Shown here piece after piece: positions 39,456 through 50,898 of a stretch of DNA of 51,051 bases. Below the pieces are notes generated by a model, which saw only the letters and a list, made by a program, of their open reading frames with translations, ran no database searches and had not been told where the DNA came from. This DNA is from Amoeboaphelidium protococcarum X5 (lineage: Eukaryota > Fungi > Aphelidiomycota), in assembly GCA_023515725.1 (NCBI GenBank), contig JALDTO010000182.1:1-51051 (forward strand), read 5' to 3'. Made by a program: the position numbers and the translations under genes. The stretch's first letter is position 1. Each line of letters begins with the position of its first letter.

Positions 39456-41096
39456 ATGTAATATCAATCTAAACAGTAAGAGTATTCAACAATGCGCCGG
39501 GATAAGAGTAATTCTCTGAATAGCTCATAAAGTACACTCCTCTCTACAGGTGCGCGGGACTACCGTAATTAAGCTGATATAATGGATTCTAAAAGTGGCG
39601 ACAATGCCTCGATTTCATCGCACACTTTGTATTCTGAATTCTAGCACATGTATCCTGAATATATGCCTATAGAGATGGATGATAATGATGGTTCACTCGA
39701 TGATTATCAAGATTCTTACACCTCCCATTACAGTAAAGATGAATTGAAGGCTGAGCTATTGAAGGATAAGATTGCATTTCTGTCTTCCAAGATATCTACG
39801 TTGTAATTTAAGCTCTTGGATGCATAGAAACAGTTGCATCAGGTGGTTGACCGTGCAGATTACGGGTCTTAGTGCAGTATTGATATGAATGCTATTCAGG
39901 AGTAATCTGTGTAAAGTATCACGTCTGCCGATGCATCACTAGAGTCAGTAGATCATACCTTCGGCCAGCACCGCCATCATCTTGGTCCGACTAAGAGTTA
40001 TTATTCTAGTACTTGTATCAAGACTCTATCTGGACATCGCCGGCCTATCAACCAATTAGATTTTGAGGATCCTCAAGGTTTAATGGTATCCGGAGTTGAA
40101 GATGGTGAACTACGCGTATACGATTTGGCGTCTTTTAATTGCATTCGTAAAATTCAGGCTCATGATTCCTCCATCAGGTGTATTAAAATGAGCGATGATA
40201 TAATCTTTAGTGGCGGAGATGATTGTCTTTTGAAAATGTGGCGACTACCCGTATTTTAGAGTGGTAACTCTGCGTCTCTTAAACTTCGGTAGGATAATCT
40301 TATTCGCGTCTTTGGTGGACAGTTGGGTTCAGTGCAATGTGTCGATGTGTGCCGGTAGAATAATCTTTTACTTTCAGGTGGTGCAGATAATCTAATCAAA
40401 GTTTATGATCTCGAGTCTGGCTCTGTTAAATCTTCAATTCATCTCCAGTCTGAACATGACCCGATACTGCACAACACTGTACATAGTCCGCATGATTCTC
40501 ATTATCAGATTAACAATTCCGCATAATCTGATGGCGTAGGATTATAACTGCTATCGAAGAAAGCTATGGCCTTTGATAATTCTGATTTGGCATTCTAATA
40601 TCAAGGTGTAAATTCGATTTAGTTCAATACGGATGGTACTTTGGTGTGCGGTAGTCATGATGGTCATGTTCGGATATTTGATGTGAGATGTTTAGACTCT
40701 TCTCATCGCTAATCAATTGATATTAGTGCCCATACCATGCCAGTTACTAAAGTATAATAATTGGATCATTTACTCATATCTTCATCTTTGGATGGTACGA
40801 TAAAGGTTCAAGATTTACGTCGTCTCAGCTTAGATTCTCTGGATCCTCTTGCCACGCATAACTCTGATTCTAAAGAAGGCTTCTTGGACTTTTCTGTATG
40901 TCCAGCCACGTAAAGACTTGTGGCTGCTGGTGATGGTTGTGCTGTAGATGTGATTAGTAATTTTAAAACATTTATCGGTTCACATTAAAGGCACTAGCTT
41001 GAAGGACACTTGACGCGTGTAAATACTGTCGCTCTCCGCGGGTCAAAACTCCTCAGTGCTGGTAATGATTGTGTAATTAAAGTATGGGAATTATGA
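39456..41096 (+). CDS. Coiled-coil + WD40 protein, Mdv1/Caf4-like mitochondrial fission adaptor, ~546 aa
   Basis: Disordered N-terminus, coiled coil (ELKAELLKDKIAFLSSKISTLQFKL), then CIKTLSGHRRPINQLDFEDPQGLMVSG...LRVYDL, resembling the Mdv1 LDFDxPFGT repeat. More WD repeats; ends IKVWEL-TGA. The WD40 call is firm, orthology less so. Confidence 0.7.
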
Positions 41097-41331
41097 AAGA
41101 TGTAAGAAGTAATATCTATAATTTGGAACCAAAATACTGTAGATTAAAACAAAACTTTTCTCAAAACTATTTTGCTGGTAAAGCCTCTAATTAAATGATC
41201 TTGATGTATTCACAGGCACAAGAACCTTTGAGAACTTGAAGACAATATAGGAACCTCTGGGCAAAAGAACACGTAAACCATCTCAATATTTCCCTCTTGG
41301 AATAAAGTATCTTTATTGACTGCGAACAATT

Positions 41332-43065
41332 TCAACTCGTTAGGAACGACCTGGGATCTCCGAACTTCAATAGCGCTTCGCCATTTATACGATAAACGTG
41401 TTTCGCTCCTTGTTGCATCATTGTTGCTTAACTATGTTTAGTGGTATCGAGGGTTATAAAGATGAAGCGAATAATCCTTGTTAAATTGTCGGAAATTCTT
41501 GTGAGACCAGCTATTCGACCTGCATTATACGAGGGAGGAGCAGCCAAACAATAATAGGATAATGGTGTATGACTAGTATTTCCAACCTTTGTAGTAAACA
41601 AATCGCCAAACTTAGTACGATGGACATTGTACGAACTAGTAGATATAGAAATAAAATTGATGAACCCTCCAGAATAGACAACTACGTCTGCTACTGGGTG
41701 ATTTGGACTATAGCAGATAATCATTGAATTGTCGGGATATTTCGGAATATCTTCTCCGGATTCTGGTCTCTGCTGCACAATTCTTTCTGAAATAAGCATA
41801 TCAATATGCTCTGAATGATCCACTTCATCCCTTTTGTCATTCAAGCGGGCAACAGGAAACTGGAAGGATGTCTTTCTTTCCAGACCCATTTAAATAAATA
41901 TCTGAAAAGCATATCATTTTGCATCAGTTTTCGCCAACGTTTGAATTATAATATCCATATTAGTCGCTACAATATCATACATTGCATTGATAACGTCAGG
42001 AGCTATCGGAGCTGCAGAACCATCGCTCAATCCTTCAAATAAACCAGAATCAATCCAAATCGACGGAACATGAGATGATTGATAGTTGTTGATACATACG
42101 CGGCAGGAGAATTCTAGAACATCCTTTTCATTAGTTCTAGATATAACAGTCTTGACGCGATGGGCAAAATAATCTCGATTGGCTCTCCTCAAGTATAGAT
42201 AATCACGATCAGTCCAGCTGCATTCATTTTCAATAAATCGCTGCTTGACAGTAGCCAAAAGTCTTGGTACACGACCAGTCAATCCCAACAATTCAGTGTC
42301 GCTTAAAGGTGGAAATACTTGTCTTTAGCGATAATCCGAGACAATTAAATCCCATTCAGACTTCGAATACAGAGGAACTTGGATTGTCGCCTTACCACCG
42401 TCAAAATCCCCAAACATTTCAGACTTTTGAACACTAAACGAAGAGGAGACCGCTAGCATGGCATACCCTTTTCTGAAGGTAAACTTCGAAAAATGTCCAA
42501 AGAGACCCTTCAACATGTCCTGTTTAAATACAGAAGTCGATAGTAAGCAATTCCATTGATCAATACCAACAAATACAGGGAGCTCACATATTCTGAAAAA
42601 CTCCTGATGAATTGAGTTAAGAGCAGCCTTGGGGTCGTCTGATCCATCAGTCGCTTTATCTGCCAAATCTTTGATCCTCCTGAGATTATTGTAATTGGCG
42701 TCATATGTTGAGAAGACATTCTTATTTGATTCGAGTAATATTCTTAATATAGTACGAGCACAAATGTCGTCACTAACACCATCAAACTGTTTAGTGTCAG
42801 AAATGTATAAAACTAGCCATTTCTGACTCTTAATGCAGTCCAATGCACAGAGATAAAGCAAAAGAGATTTACCAGCGCCTGAAGGACCTGTAAGCACACA
42901 CTTATCAAATTCATTTTGAGCACCAGTATCAAATACTCTTTTACGAAGTCTTCTAGCATCCGGTCTGACCAACAAATGTAGCTTACCGTCCTCTTTATCC
43001 TTACTCAATGTGAAAGGGATTGTGAGATTTGAATCGACTTGTTCGTCCGTAAACGGTTGATCCAT
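41332..43065 (-). pseudogene. P-loop NTPase + restriction-endonuclease-like gene (Crinkler/RHS C-terminal type) with an internal in-frame TGA
   Basis: Walker A VLTGPSGAGKS, WLVLYI, Walker B VFVGIDQWN, LTGRVPRLL, then PNHPVADVVVY...FISIS. Three track ORFs share one frame, joined by TAA (Gln) but broken by TGA at 41914-41916. Confidence 0.65.
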
Positions 43066-43317
43066 ATTTGCATATTTATAAATAAATGATTGAAAAGGTG
43101 AAGTGAAAAAGAAAAAAGTTGATTATTTTTCTGAAAGCAAAGTAGTTTTCAGAAAAGTATTATTTAATTTTATTTTGGTGTCAAATTATAGATATTACTT
43201 CTGATGTACACTATATTATGAGGCTTTAATAACAAATATATACTCTAGAGATTTATTGTTCTATCATATATGTTTCTAAACTTGGTAACTTAAAGCACTT
43301 AACTATCCTGCCATAGT

Positions 43318-43914
43318 TCACTTGAGAACGCCATCAAAAAATAGCTTATGAGCGAGAGCTGTCAGAATCTTGATTCGCTCACTCTCCGGCAAAGATTGAA
43401 ACACCTCGACGACACTACGACCGTGCTAATCTCTGATACTTCCAAGCTATCTACCAATCGCTAATCCTGCCAATGCTCCGGGAACGTTAAAGATGATGAA
43501 TCCCAGGCCAAGGCCAGACACGGCGCCAACTACAGACCACACGTAACCTTTCCCATCTCCGGATCCAAGTTCAGTACGAAGCATCTCTTCGAATTCACTT
43601 CCAAATACATTATTTGCATCCACCTTTGGCTCATAATTATATTCGGATCCCTGAAATTACTTATCTGACAGTGGATTGTACAACTTTGTTCCAGCGAATC
43701 TGCAATCTTGATCATGCCGTTGTTTCAGCGATTGATCGCTCAAAATGGCATAAGCTTCATTTACATACTGAAACTTGCGATTAGCATCTTTATCTTGTGT
43801 ATTCTTATCGGGGTGATGCTTTAATGCCAGCTTCCTGTAAGCATCTTTTATTTCTTTTTAACTAGCTGACGGTGATATACCCAATATGCCATAGTAATCC
43901 AGTATGATTGCCAT
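43318..43914 (-). CDS. J-domain protein with C-terminal Gly-rich hydrophobic segment, 198 aa (tandem copy 1)
   Basis: DYYGILG...[17 protein letters not shown]...[13 protein letters not shown]. Collinear with the adjacent copy; ends TGA. Confidence 0.92.
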
Positions 43915-44059
43915 AATTATCTAGTCCGCTTTCAAAGCAAAGATTCTAGTACTGTATAATCGACGGTTCTGATTAGAAAGTCTAAATGTCGGGATTCAGG
44001 TCTTATCAAAGTTAAAAACGGAAATAAAAATAATTAGGATTACTAATACTGCATAGAAA

Positions 44060-44665
44060 TCATTTCATCACACCGTCAAAGAGCTTCCTTGCCAACGTGG
44101 CCAAAATCTTGCTACGTTCACTCTGTGGCAGAGTTTGAAAGACTTCCAATACACTGCGACCGTGTGTATCTCTGATCCCACCAAGATATCGCCCGATAGC
44201 CAGACCGACGAGCGCGCCTGGAACGTTAAACATGATGAATCCTAAGCCTAGTCCACACAAAGCCCCAATTAATGACCACATAAATCCATTTCCGCTCCCA
44301 TTTCTCATCTCATTGCGTAACATGTCTTCAAACTCACTGCCAAACAAATTATCCGCATCCACTTGAGGCTCATAATCATCCTCCTGCTGATATTGGGATC
44401 GCGATTTCGACTCTGATGACATTGGATTGAATAAAGTTGCGCCAGATTGTCTTCTATCTTGATCATGTCTTCTTCTCTACGATGGATCACTCAATATAGC
44501 ATACGAATCGTTAACATACTGAAACTTGAGATTGGCTCTATTATCATTGGGATTCTTGTCAGGATGATTCTTGAGAGCAAGTTTTCTATAGGCATCTTTA
44601 ATTTCGCTATTGCTCGCTCTCTCTGAGACACCCAGAATTCCGTAATAATCAAGCACTACAGGCAT
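44060..44665 (-). CDS. J-domain protein with C-terminal Gly-rich hydrophobic segment, 201 aa (tandem copy 2)
   Basis: Track ORFs 44477-44686 and 44060-44422 join through TAG=Gln. HPD motif; [25 protein letters not shown]. Confidence 0.93.
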
Positions 44666-44907
44666 CTTAATAATCTCTCTATACAAAAAGATTGGTTTCG
44701 GTAAAATCGATAACAGATGTCAGTGTGATGGGATTGAAATTGCAGATCTTGAAAGTTCTGCCAAAGGGGTAGTCACTGTGATTACAATTGTCATTCGAAC
44801 GCGATGACTACATACTGTAACAAGTGCAAAATAACAACACATACAGTACAGCATTGTGCACTAAAGAGTATGCTATTAATAATATTTATTTTAAAATGTA
44901 GAGTATA

Positions 44908-47172
44908 TCATTCTTGAAAATACGCATCCTTGAATTCTTAGAGTTCTACGCGGTCAGCCACTTCTCTGATATCAGACTCAATTCTCTCAGTCACTTCATC
45001 TTCCCTTGCTGCACAAATCTTCAATATATCTGTAGTCATCTCATGATTACCAAGAATATCAACGTGTTCACTAGTCTTTGGACCACCTCTAATATCCTTA
45101 ACAACTGAAACTGGGTCATGAACATATTCTCGTGTCAGAACTTTGACTTTATGAGGATTGAATACTCTGCCGTACTTTTATCTAGTATCATGACGCCATC
45201 CGTTCACAGACATGAAGGCGAGAGATAACAACGTGACCGTTCCGTCACCTTCAGTACAACTGACTCCATTCTTCACAAATCCATCATCAGAGTTGGCATT
45301 AACATCAAGATAGAAATCTTTGGGTACCTTCTATTGGGTCTCAGTCGGAACGCTTTTATTTGAGCCATAATCGCTCATAATGATTCTCTATTGCTCTTGG
45401 TCTTTTCTGATTCTATCTTCATCTTTGGATGTAAGCTTCTAATTTTTCTAGGTTGAGGATTTTCCATCTCGACTAATAAACTTTTACAAAATCTCAATAG
45501 CCTGTGAATTGTCCTCAGTCAAGGTGTAGTGGTAAGATCTTTCCACCACATTTCCGTATCCGTGAAAGTCATAAATTGTCATGTTGGGCGCATTAGGGAG
45601 AGAGCTTTCCAACGGATTACTGAAATACTTCTCTTAATCATACTCCTCAGATTCCAAATTACTGAGTGCAATTCCCTGAGAGTAATCAGAAGACATTCTG
45701 TTTCTATAGAATGGCCCAGCGTGCTTAAACAATAAGTTGAGCGTGTCATCCATTGTAAAGTTTCTCAACTCTCCCAAACCATACTCTTTGAAAGCCAATC
45801 TAAGATCTTCATTATCCTGAAATTTCATAAACGCTCCATAACTCTAATCATTCCTCTGCATTTCTTCAGTATCCTCAGCGGACCAAGTGAGATTCCCCCA
45901 GACAGCATTACCACCTTTAGGAAGCATAGAGCTACCGCCACTCCAAACTCTAAATATCGCCGATCTCTCCTTTTTGGTGAAGAATCGCTCCAACAGAGAC
46001 GACATCAACCATCCGAGTTGCGCAGTATCTCGCATCTCCCCAGATAGAACGGTAGAGACAGACTTTGGGACACCCAAGTACGGAGTTGCGATAGAGACAT
46101 GGGCGTGAATATGTTTATCCACCCAGAGCCTCCCTTTGCCACCGTGTCTGCTCTCGACCCATTTCAGGAAATAATGAGCAACTAAACCGCCCATACTATG
46201 TGATATCAACACCGCTTTCCGCCCTGTGGTCTTCAATGACAGCTCTATATTCAATTTCATCTTACTAAAATATGCATCACGTTTCTCCAGATTAGGAAAT
46301 GATAATCGCCAATCGTATGCTGCCACATGAAGATTGTTACTATCGTAACCGATATAAGCCAAGTTCTCAATCATGCGAGACCATACAAAGTAGCCATGAA
46401 TAAAATAATCGGCTGCATCAATGCCTTGCACAGCGCGCACTTTGGCATTATCAGGATCAAGGCCAGTTACCGGATGAAGAAGCAGGTTGTTCAAATAGCA
46501 CTCTTTATCCAGTAATAGATTGGTCATCAGCGATATGTCTCCCCAAATCTTGCGACGAAAATACACCTCGCTGCATCCACCGCGAGACCATGACTCAAGA
46601 TTAGTAGATACGATGCCCGGGATGATAAACACTGGATAGTGAGCCTTTAATCCACGCTCTGCCAGCAATCTACCAGGTGCCGATGAATCAGTGTCGTTTC
46701 CATTGCTTTGGAAGCTAAGGGATTCAAGTCTTAAGCGCTCCAACACCAAGGACGTCCAATTACTCAGACCAAAAGATTCGCCATTCTCATCCATAAACTG
46801 TGACTCTTTCACCAACTACGATAGTCTATCAAAAAATTCTGCGCCTCTAAACGCGTACGGCATATGCTATCGCATCAGCGATAAGGTGGTATCATTGTGA
46901 GATGCGCCATACAGGAGGATCAGTACACCTGTGACAAGGCCAACCAGGAACGCAAATCTTCTGCGCTGCACAATATTCTTACTCAGCTCCACTATTCCCG
47001 ATTTATTACACGATTCGTCATAGCTGTCATTCAATGCAGAAAGTAGTAGATCTTGAGACGACGACGACTCATCACCACTATCCATGTCGCCATCTCTCAG
47101 AGAAGATTTAGAGCGGCGACTACTCGCTTTACGTGAGCTAGCTGTAGATCCTCTCAATCTCACGCTTGTCAT
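44908..47172 (-). CDS. LRO1: Phospholipid:diacylglycerol acyltransferase (LCAT family), ~754 aa
   Basis: N-terminal TM, PVFIIPGIVSTNLESW, AAYDWRLS, SHSMG, LSGEMRDT, MLPKGG, EGDGTV, HVDILGN. Single frame. Confidence 0.96.
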
Positions 47173-47416
47173 TTTAAGTTTTACACTGACGTTGCTGTGG
47201 ACTGTAGATCAACTAAAAAAGGGCCTAAAGCATCGATAGAAAAGAGAGAGAGGGAGAAGGTTGTGAATCTGCGCGTCCTTTTGAAGATTCAGGGATAAAG
47301 TTTGACTGACGGGGATCGACATGAACCAAAAAGAGTATGAGTCACCCATCAAAGTCTATAATCAAGAGCTTTTCTCAATTCTATCGAGTAAACACGTCCA
47401 TTATCACATGGAACAC

Positions 47417-47937
47417 TCAAATATCATAATTACGAAACTTTGAAATCAAGTCTGTCGATGGAGATTAATTCTAACCAGCTTTAGTCTATAATGAACTACT
47501 ACTCTCAATATGATCAGAGTTTTGATCAATTTTTAAAACTGTTTCAGACCGGTCAGTTTTCCAGTGAGTTGGCTACATAGACTTTACATGCAAGTGCAAG
47601 TATACTAGATAAATATAAAAATTATTAAGTATTATAACTAAGTGAATCTTACATGGTTCTATATCCGTTCCTTCCAATGGGAGTACGGTATGAGTAAATC
47701 TGAATCCAAATATCTATTATACAGACATCTAGATTGATTATCGCTCAGGGTGGTATAAGCTTGTTGAATAAGACTAAATTCTTAACTTTCATCGTTGATG
47801 TTCTTGTCTGGGTGGTATTTCAAAGCCAAATGCTTGTACTCGGCCTTTATCTACTCTAAAGAACTTGATCTCACACAATTCAAAACTTTATAATAATCCA
47901 TTTATATCCCATCAGCTTTTTTGTTACTGTCGTTCAT
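47417..47937 (-). CDS. DNAJC12/JDP1-like J-domain protein
   Basis: DYYKVL...IKAEYKHLALKYHPDKN...YNRYLDSDLLIPYSHW. An 80-nt intron 47573-47652 (GTAAGA..TAG) leads to THW...LISKFRNYDI-TGA, matching the recalled DNAJC12 tail KFRNYEI. Confidence 0.85.
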
Positions 47938-48135
47938 ATTATCTCTTCCATTGTACATTGTTGAAGAAATGTGATTTGACATGGATGATATTCAAAGTGG
48001 TCGCTTCTTATAGTTCGTTCGTTAGCTCTGTAAATCTCGATTGATCGTTGTTCTCTGAATCGACGCGCTTCTTTCGCTGTAAAAGCAAGTTTGAGCATAC
48101 TATTAATATACTGTAGTGTGATTATCCAGGAGAAG

Positions 48136-49728
48136 ATGAATTCAAGTAATAACAATTTTTGTAATAATCATCCATTAGATTTGGATCCATGTGGATAGGA
48201 AGTTAAGAATGGGAGAAGTAGAGCGTTCATTGATATTCAGGTGGATGGACGGCGCGAGGGACGTGTAGTCTTTGAACTGTATGAGGACATGATGCCCAAG
48301 ACGTGTCAAGTGTTCAAGTCATTATGCTTAGGACGTGACTATATGGTTAATTAAAAAGTAGAGTAGCAATAGTCTTCATGCGATGATAAAGCAGATCACA
48401 GAGCAGATCAAAAGAAAACTTAGACTGCTGATGGTAAAGATGTTAATCTCCATTATAAAGGAACACCGTTGCATTATATCGATCCTGAGAAGATGGTTGT
48501 GATGGGCGATGTTGCCAAGAAGAAGGGGAAAGTTTCGCTGATGGACGGAGGATTCTATGCGGGTGATGATGTGTTGGAAGTGTGCGCAGATGAAGAGCAG
48601 ATGTGGTAGAGTGGTGAGTTCGTGCTGGCCGCGTACCCACTATAACCACCACAAGAGAAGCAGATGAGTAAGAAGGAGATGAAAGCTCTTCAGCGTGCAA
48701 GAGAGGCTGGAGAAGCTGATTCTGAACTCTCGCCTGCAGATCAAGAGAAGTAGTTGCGTGACTCGCATCGCATAACGTCCTAAATACTAATTACAACTGC
48801 CAGTGGAAGACCGGCACTGCCTAATGAGGATTAGTTATTCTAGAAGCCCAAGATTTTTGGACGCGTTCTTAAAGGTCACCACACTCTGATAGCTCTTTCT
48901 AAACTTCCTATTGAGAGTAAGAATGGTGTGCCGTTCAGTGAAGTGGAGATATCTGATAGTGGCATTCTATTTCCTGGTCAGAGTGATGACTGGCTATTCA
49001 AGAATGGACAGGAACCTTATGCCTACTTCCCTGAAGATTCTTATCCAACTGTACCGGACAAGTAGTAATGTCTCCGCATTGCTGATGAGTTGAAGAGTCT
49101 TGGAAATGAAAAGGTCAAGATTGGCCATTATAGATTTGCACAGAATATTTATGAGAAGGCTATGCGATATGCAGAATTCCATTTTGACGAATAGCTTAGG
49201 GATGGTTTAGTACAGGCGGATGCTCAGACTTCATAGCAGAAAGTTGATGAATGGACAAGTGCAGTAAACAGATTGAGAGCATCGTGTCTTTTAAATCGAA
49301 TTTTGTGCATGTAAAAGAATTACAAGTATCACCAGGTCATTAACGATGTTGACATGCTCCTGGATAGTCCTCAGTCTTGGTTATTTAATACTGAAGACAA
49401 GATCAAGTTATTATATCGTCGCGCTATGGCATTCGTGTCTTCAGTTGAAGATGAAACTTATAGAGTTTAGAAGTAGGCAGATAATGATTTTGATGCCAAT
49501 TACATCGATTTGGCACTTGCTGATCTTGAGGAGGCTCTAGCTCTGTACACTGATGGCTAAACTAAAGACCCATTGCTAGTTCAATAGTATGAGGCGGTAA
49601 AGAGAAAAGTGGTGGATAGACACAGAGCTGATGCCTAGAAATACTCTAACTTGTGGTCTTCATCTGATAAAAATACTACTAACAATAGTATCAATGTTGA
49701 TATTAACCAATCCTCAACTGGTTGGTGA
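48136..49728 (+). CDS. Cyclophilin-40-like (cyclophilin + TPR) protein with a degenerate PPIase site, ~530 aa
   Basis: RAFIDIQVDGRREGRVVFELYEDMMPKTCQVFKSLC, LHYKGT, TS[TAA]ILIT, IFGRVLKG, VEISDSG, YFPED, LKSLGNE...YEKAMRY, KLLYRRA. Single frame ending in TGA. Confidence 0.88.
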
Positions 49729-49865
49729 CTTTAGTTGGATTAAAAAGCTTCTTCACACTTGGTACATCTGCTTGAATTGGCGTATAATATTCTTACCAGA
49801 ATGGCATAACAGTTTTTTCTAATAGTGAATAACAAACAAATATACAGTAAATACTAATAGAGAAA

Positions 49866-50898
49866 TCATTGTCTATTCCATAACTCTTTCATCTATTCTA
49901 AAAATATAAATGTGAGGATAGTCTGAGGACCAAGACGAACATAACTAGGAACCCAGCCCTTGAACAGAGTTAATACTCCCTCATGCCGAATAATTTTAAA
50001 CATGGCATCCAAAGCACTATTGTATTACATTTAAGACGCAGAACTAGGTACTACTCTTGATCTAGCACCAGGTATTGAATACTATTAAGTCGTCGATGAT
50101 ATTGATGATGATGTTGATGATGTCGATGTTGGTGACTATGAAGACGATGAATTCATTATACGAGTCTTGATCACGTCCATCGGCGAGGACACTGTAGTAG
50201 CCACAAGACCAGCCATAAGACTAGCACTAAAATGTGTCCGTGTATCATGAGAATCAAATCCAAATCGGATAAGAATTTGCTTAAACGTGTCATAAGTGGT
50301 GAGCTGTGATGCAGTCATTGCAACGGCACGCAGAGAATTAGGCCAGACGCCTTTCCACAGCGCCACCACACCCTCCCTACGAGTTATCTACATCAGACCA
50401 TCCAGGGCATGTCGATAACTCCGTCGCTAATCCACAGGCAACTTTCCATCAGCCTGCATCCGAATGTTGACAATGTCAGCGGGCGATCCAATCATTCCAG
50501 CGATGAATCCACTCAGACATGCGGCAGACAGTGATTTATAAAATGTGAAATCTGATCCATAGTACGATTTGATCTTTTCATACATACCAAATCGAGCGGT
50601 TGAATAAGTGAGCTAACGGAGTAGAGATGCTGATAATCCATTGAATAATGCTAGCGGCGATTCTTTGATAACTATATCTTTAATAGTGTGCATCAGACTA
50701 GTCTTAGGCAGATGATGATGGGATGTTTGTAATCTCACTTTCAACAGATCCAGCGGATGAGTGCAACAAGCTGCCAACGCTGAGCTCTACACACACAAAT
50801 ATCAAGAATATTATATATCAACTAAATTGTACTATAATAATGATGGAAATACTTACTACTCCGCCGAACCAGAACGGTTAAGATTACTAATTTTTCAT
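49866..50898 (-). CDS. DIC1: Mitochondrial dicarboxylate carrier (SLC25A10/Dic1)
   Basis: PFWFGG-SSALAACCTHPLDLLKVRLQ, LLR[TAG]LTYSTARFG, PADIVNIRMQAD, SPMDVIKTRIMN, RLGPQTILTFIFLE[TAG]. Intron 50787-50856 (GTAAGT..TAG). Confidence 0.94.

Noticed and set aside
41914-41916. Selenocysteine at the internal TGA
   Set aside because: No Cys-like or redox context, and no SECIS recognised by eye.
47458-47703. Plus-strand 81-codon ORF under table 6
   Set aside because: Overlaps the DNAJC12-like exons and intron on the opposite strand, which have clear homology.
380-50620. TAA and TAG having different meanings (e.g. Lys, Glu or Leu)
   Set aside because: Each codon independently maps to conserved Gln sites (TAA in VPS13 and ADE6; TAG in RPL15, PEX5, bystin and DIC1).
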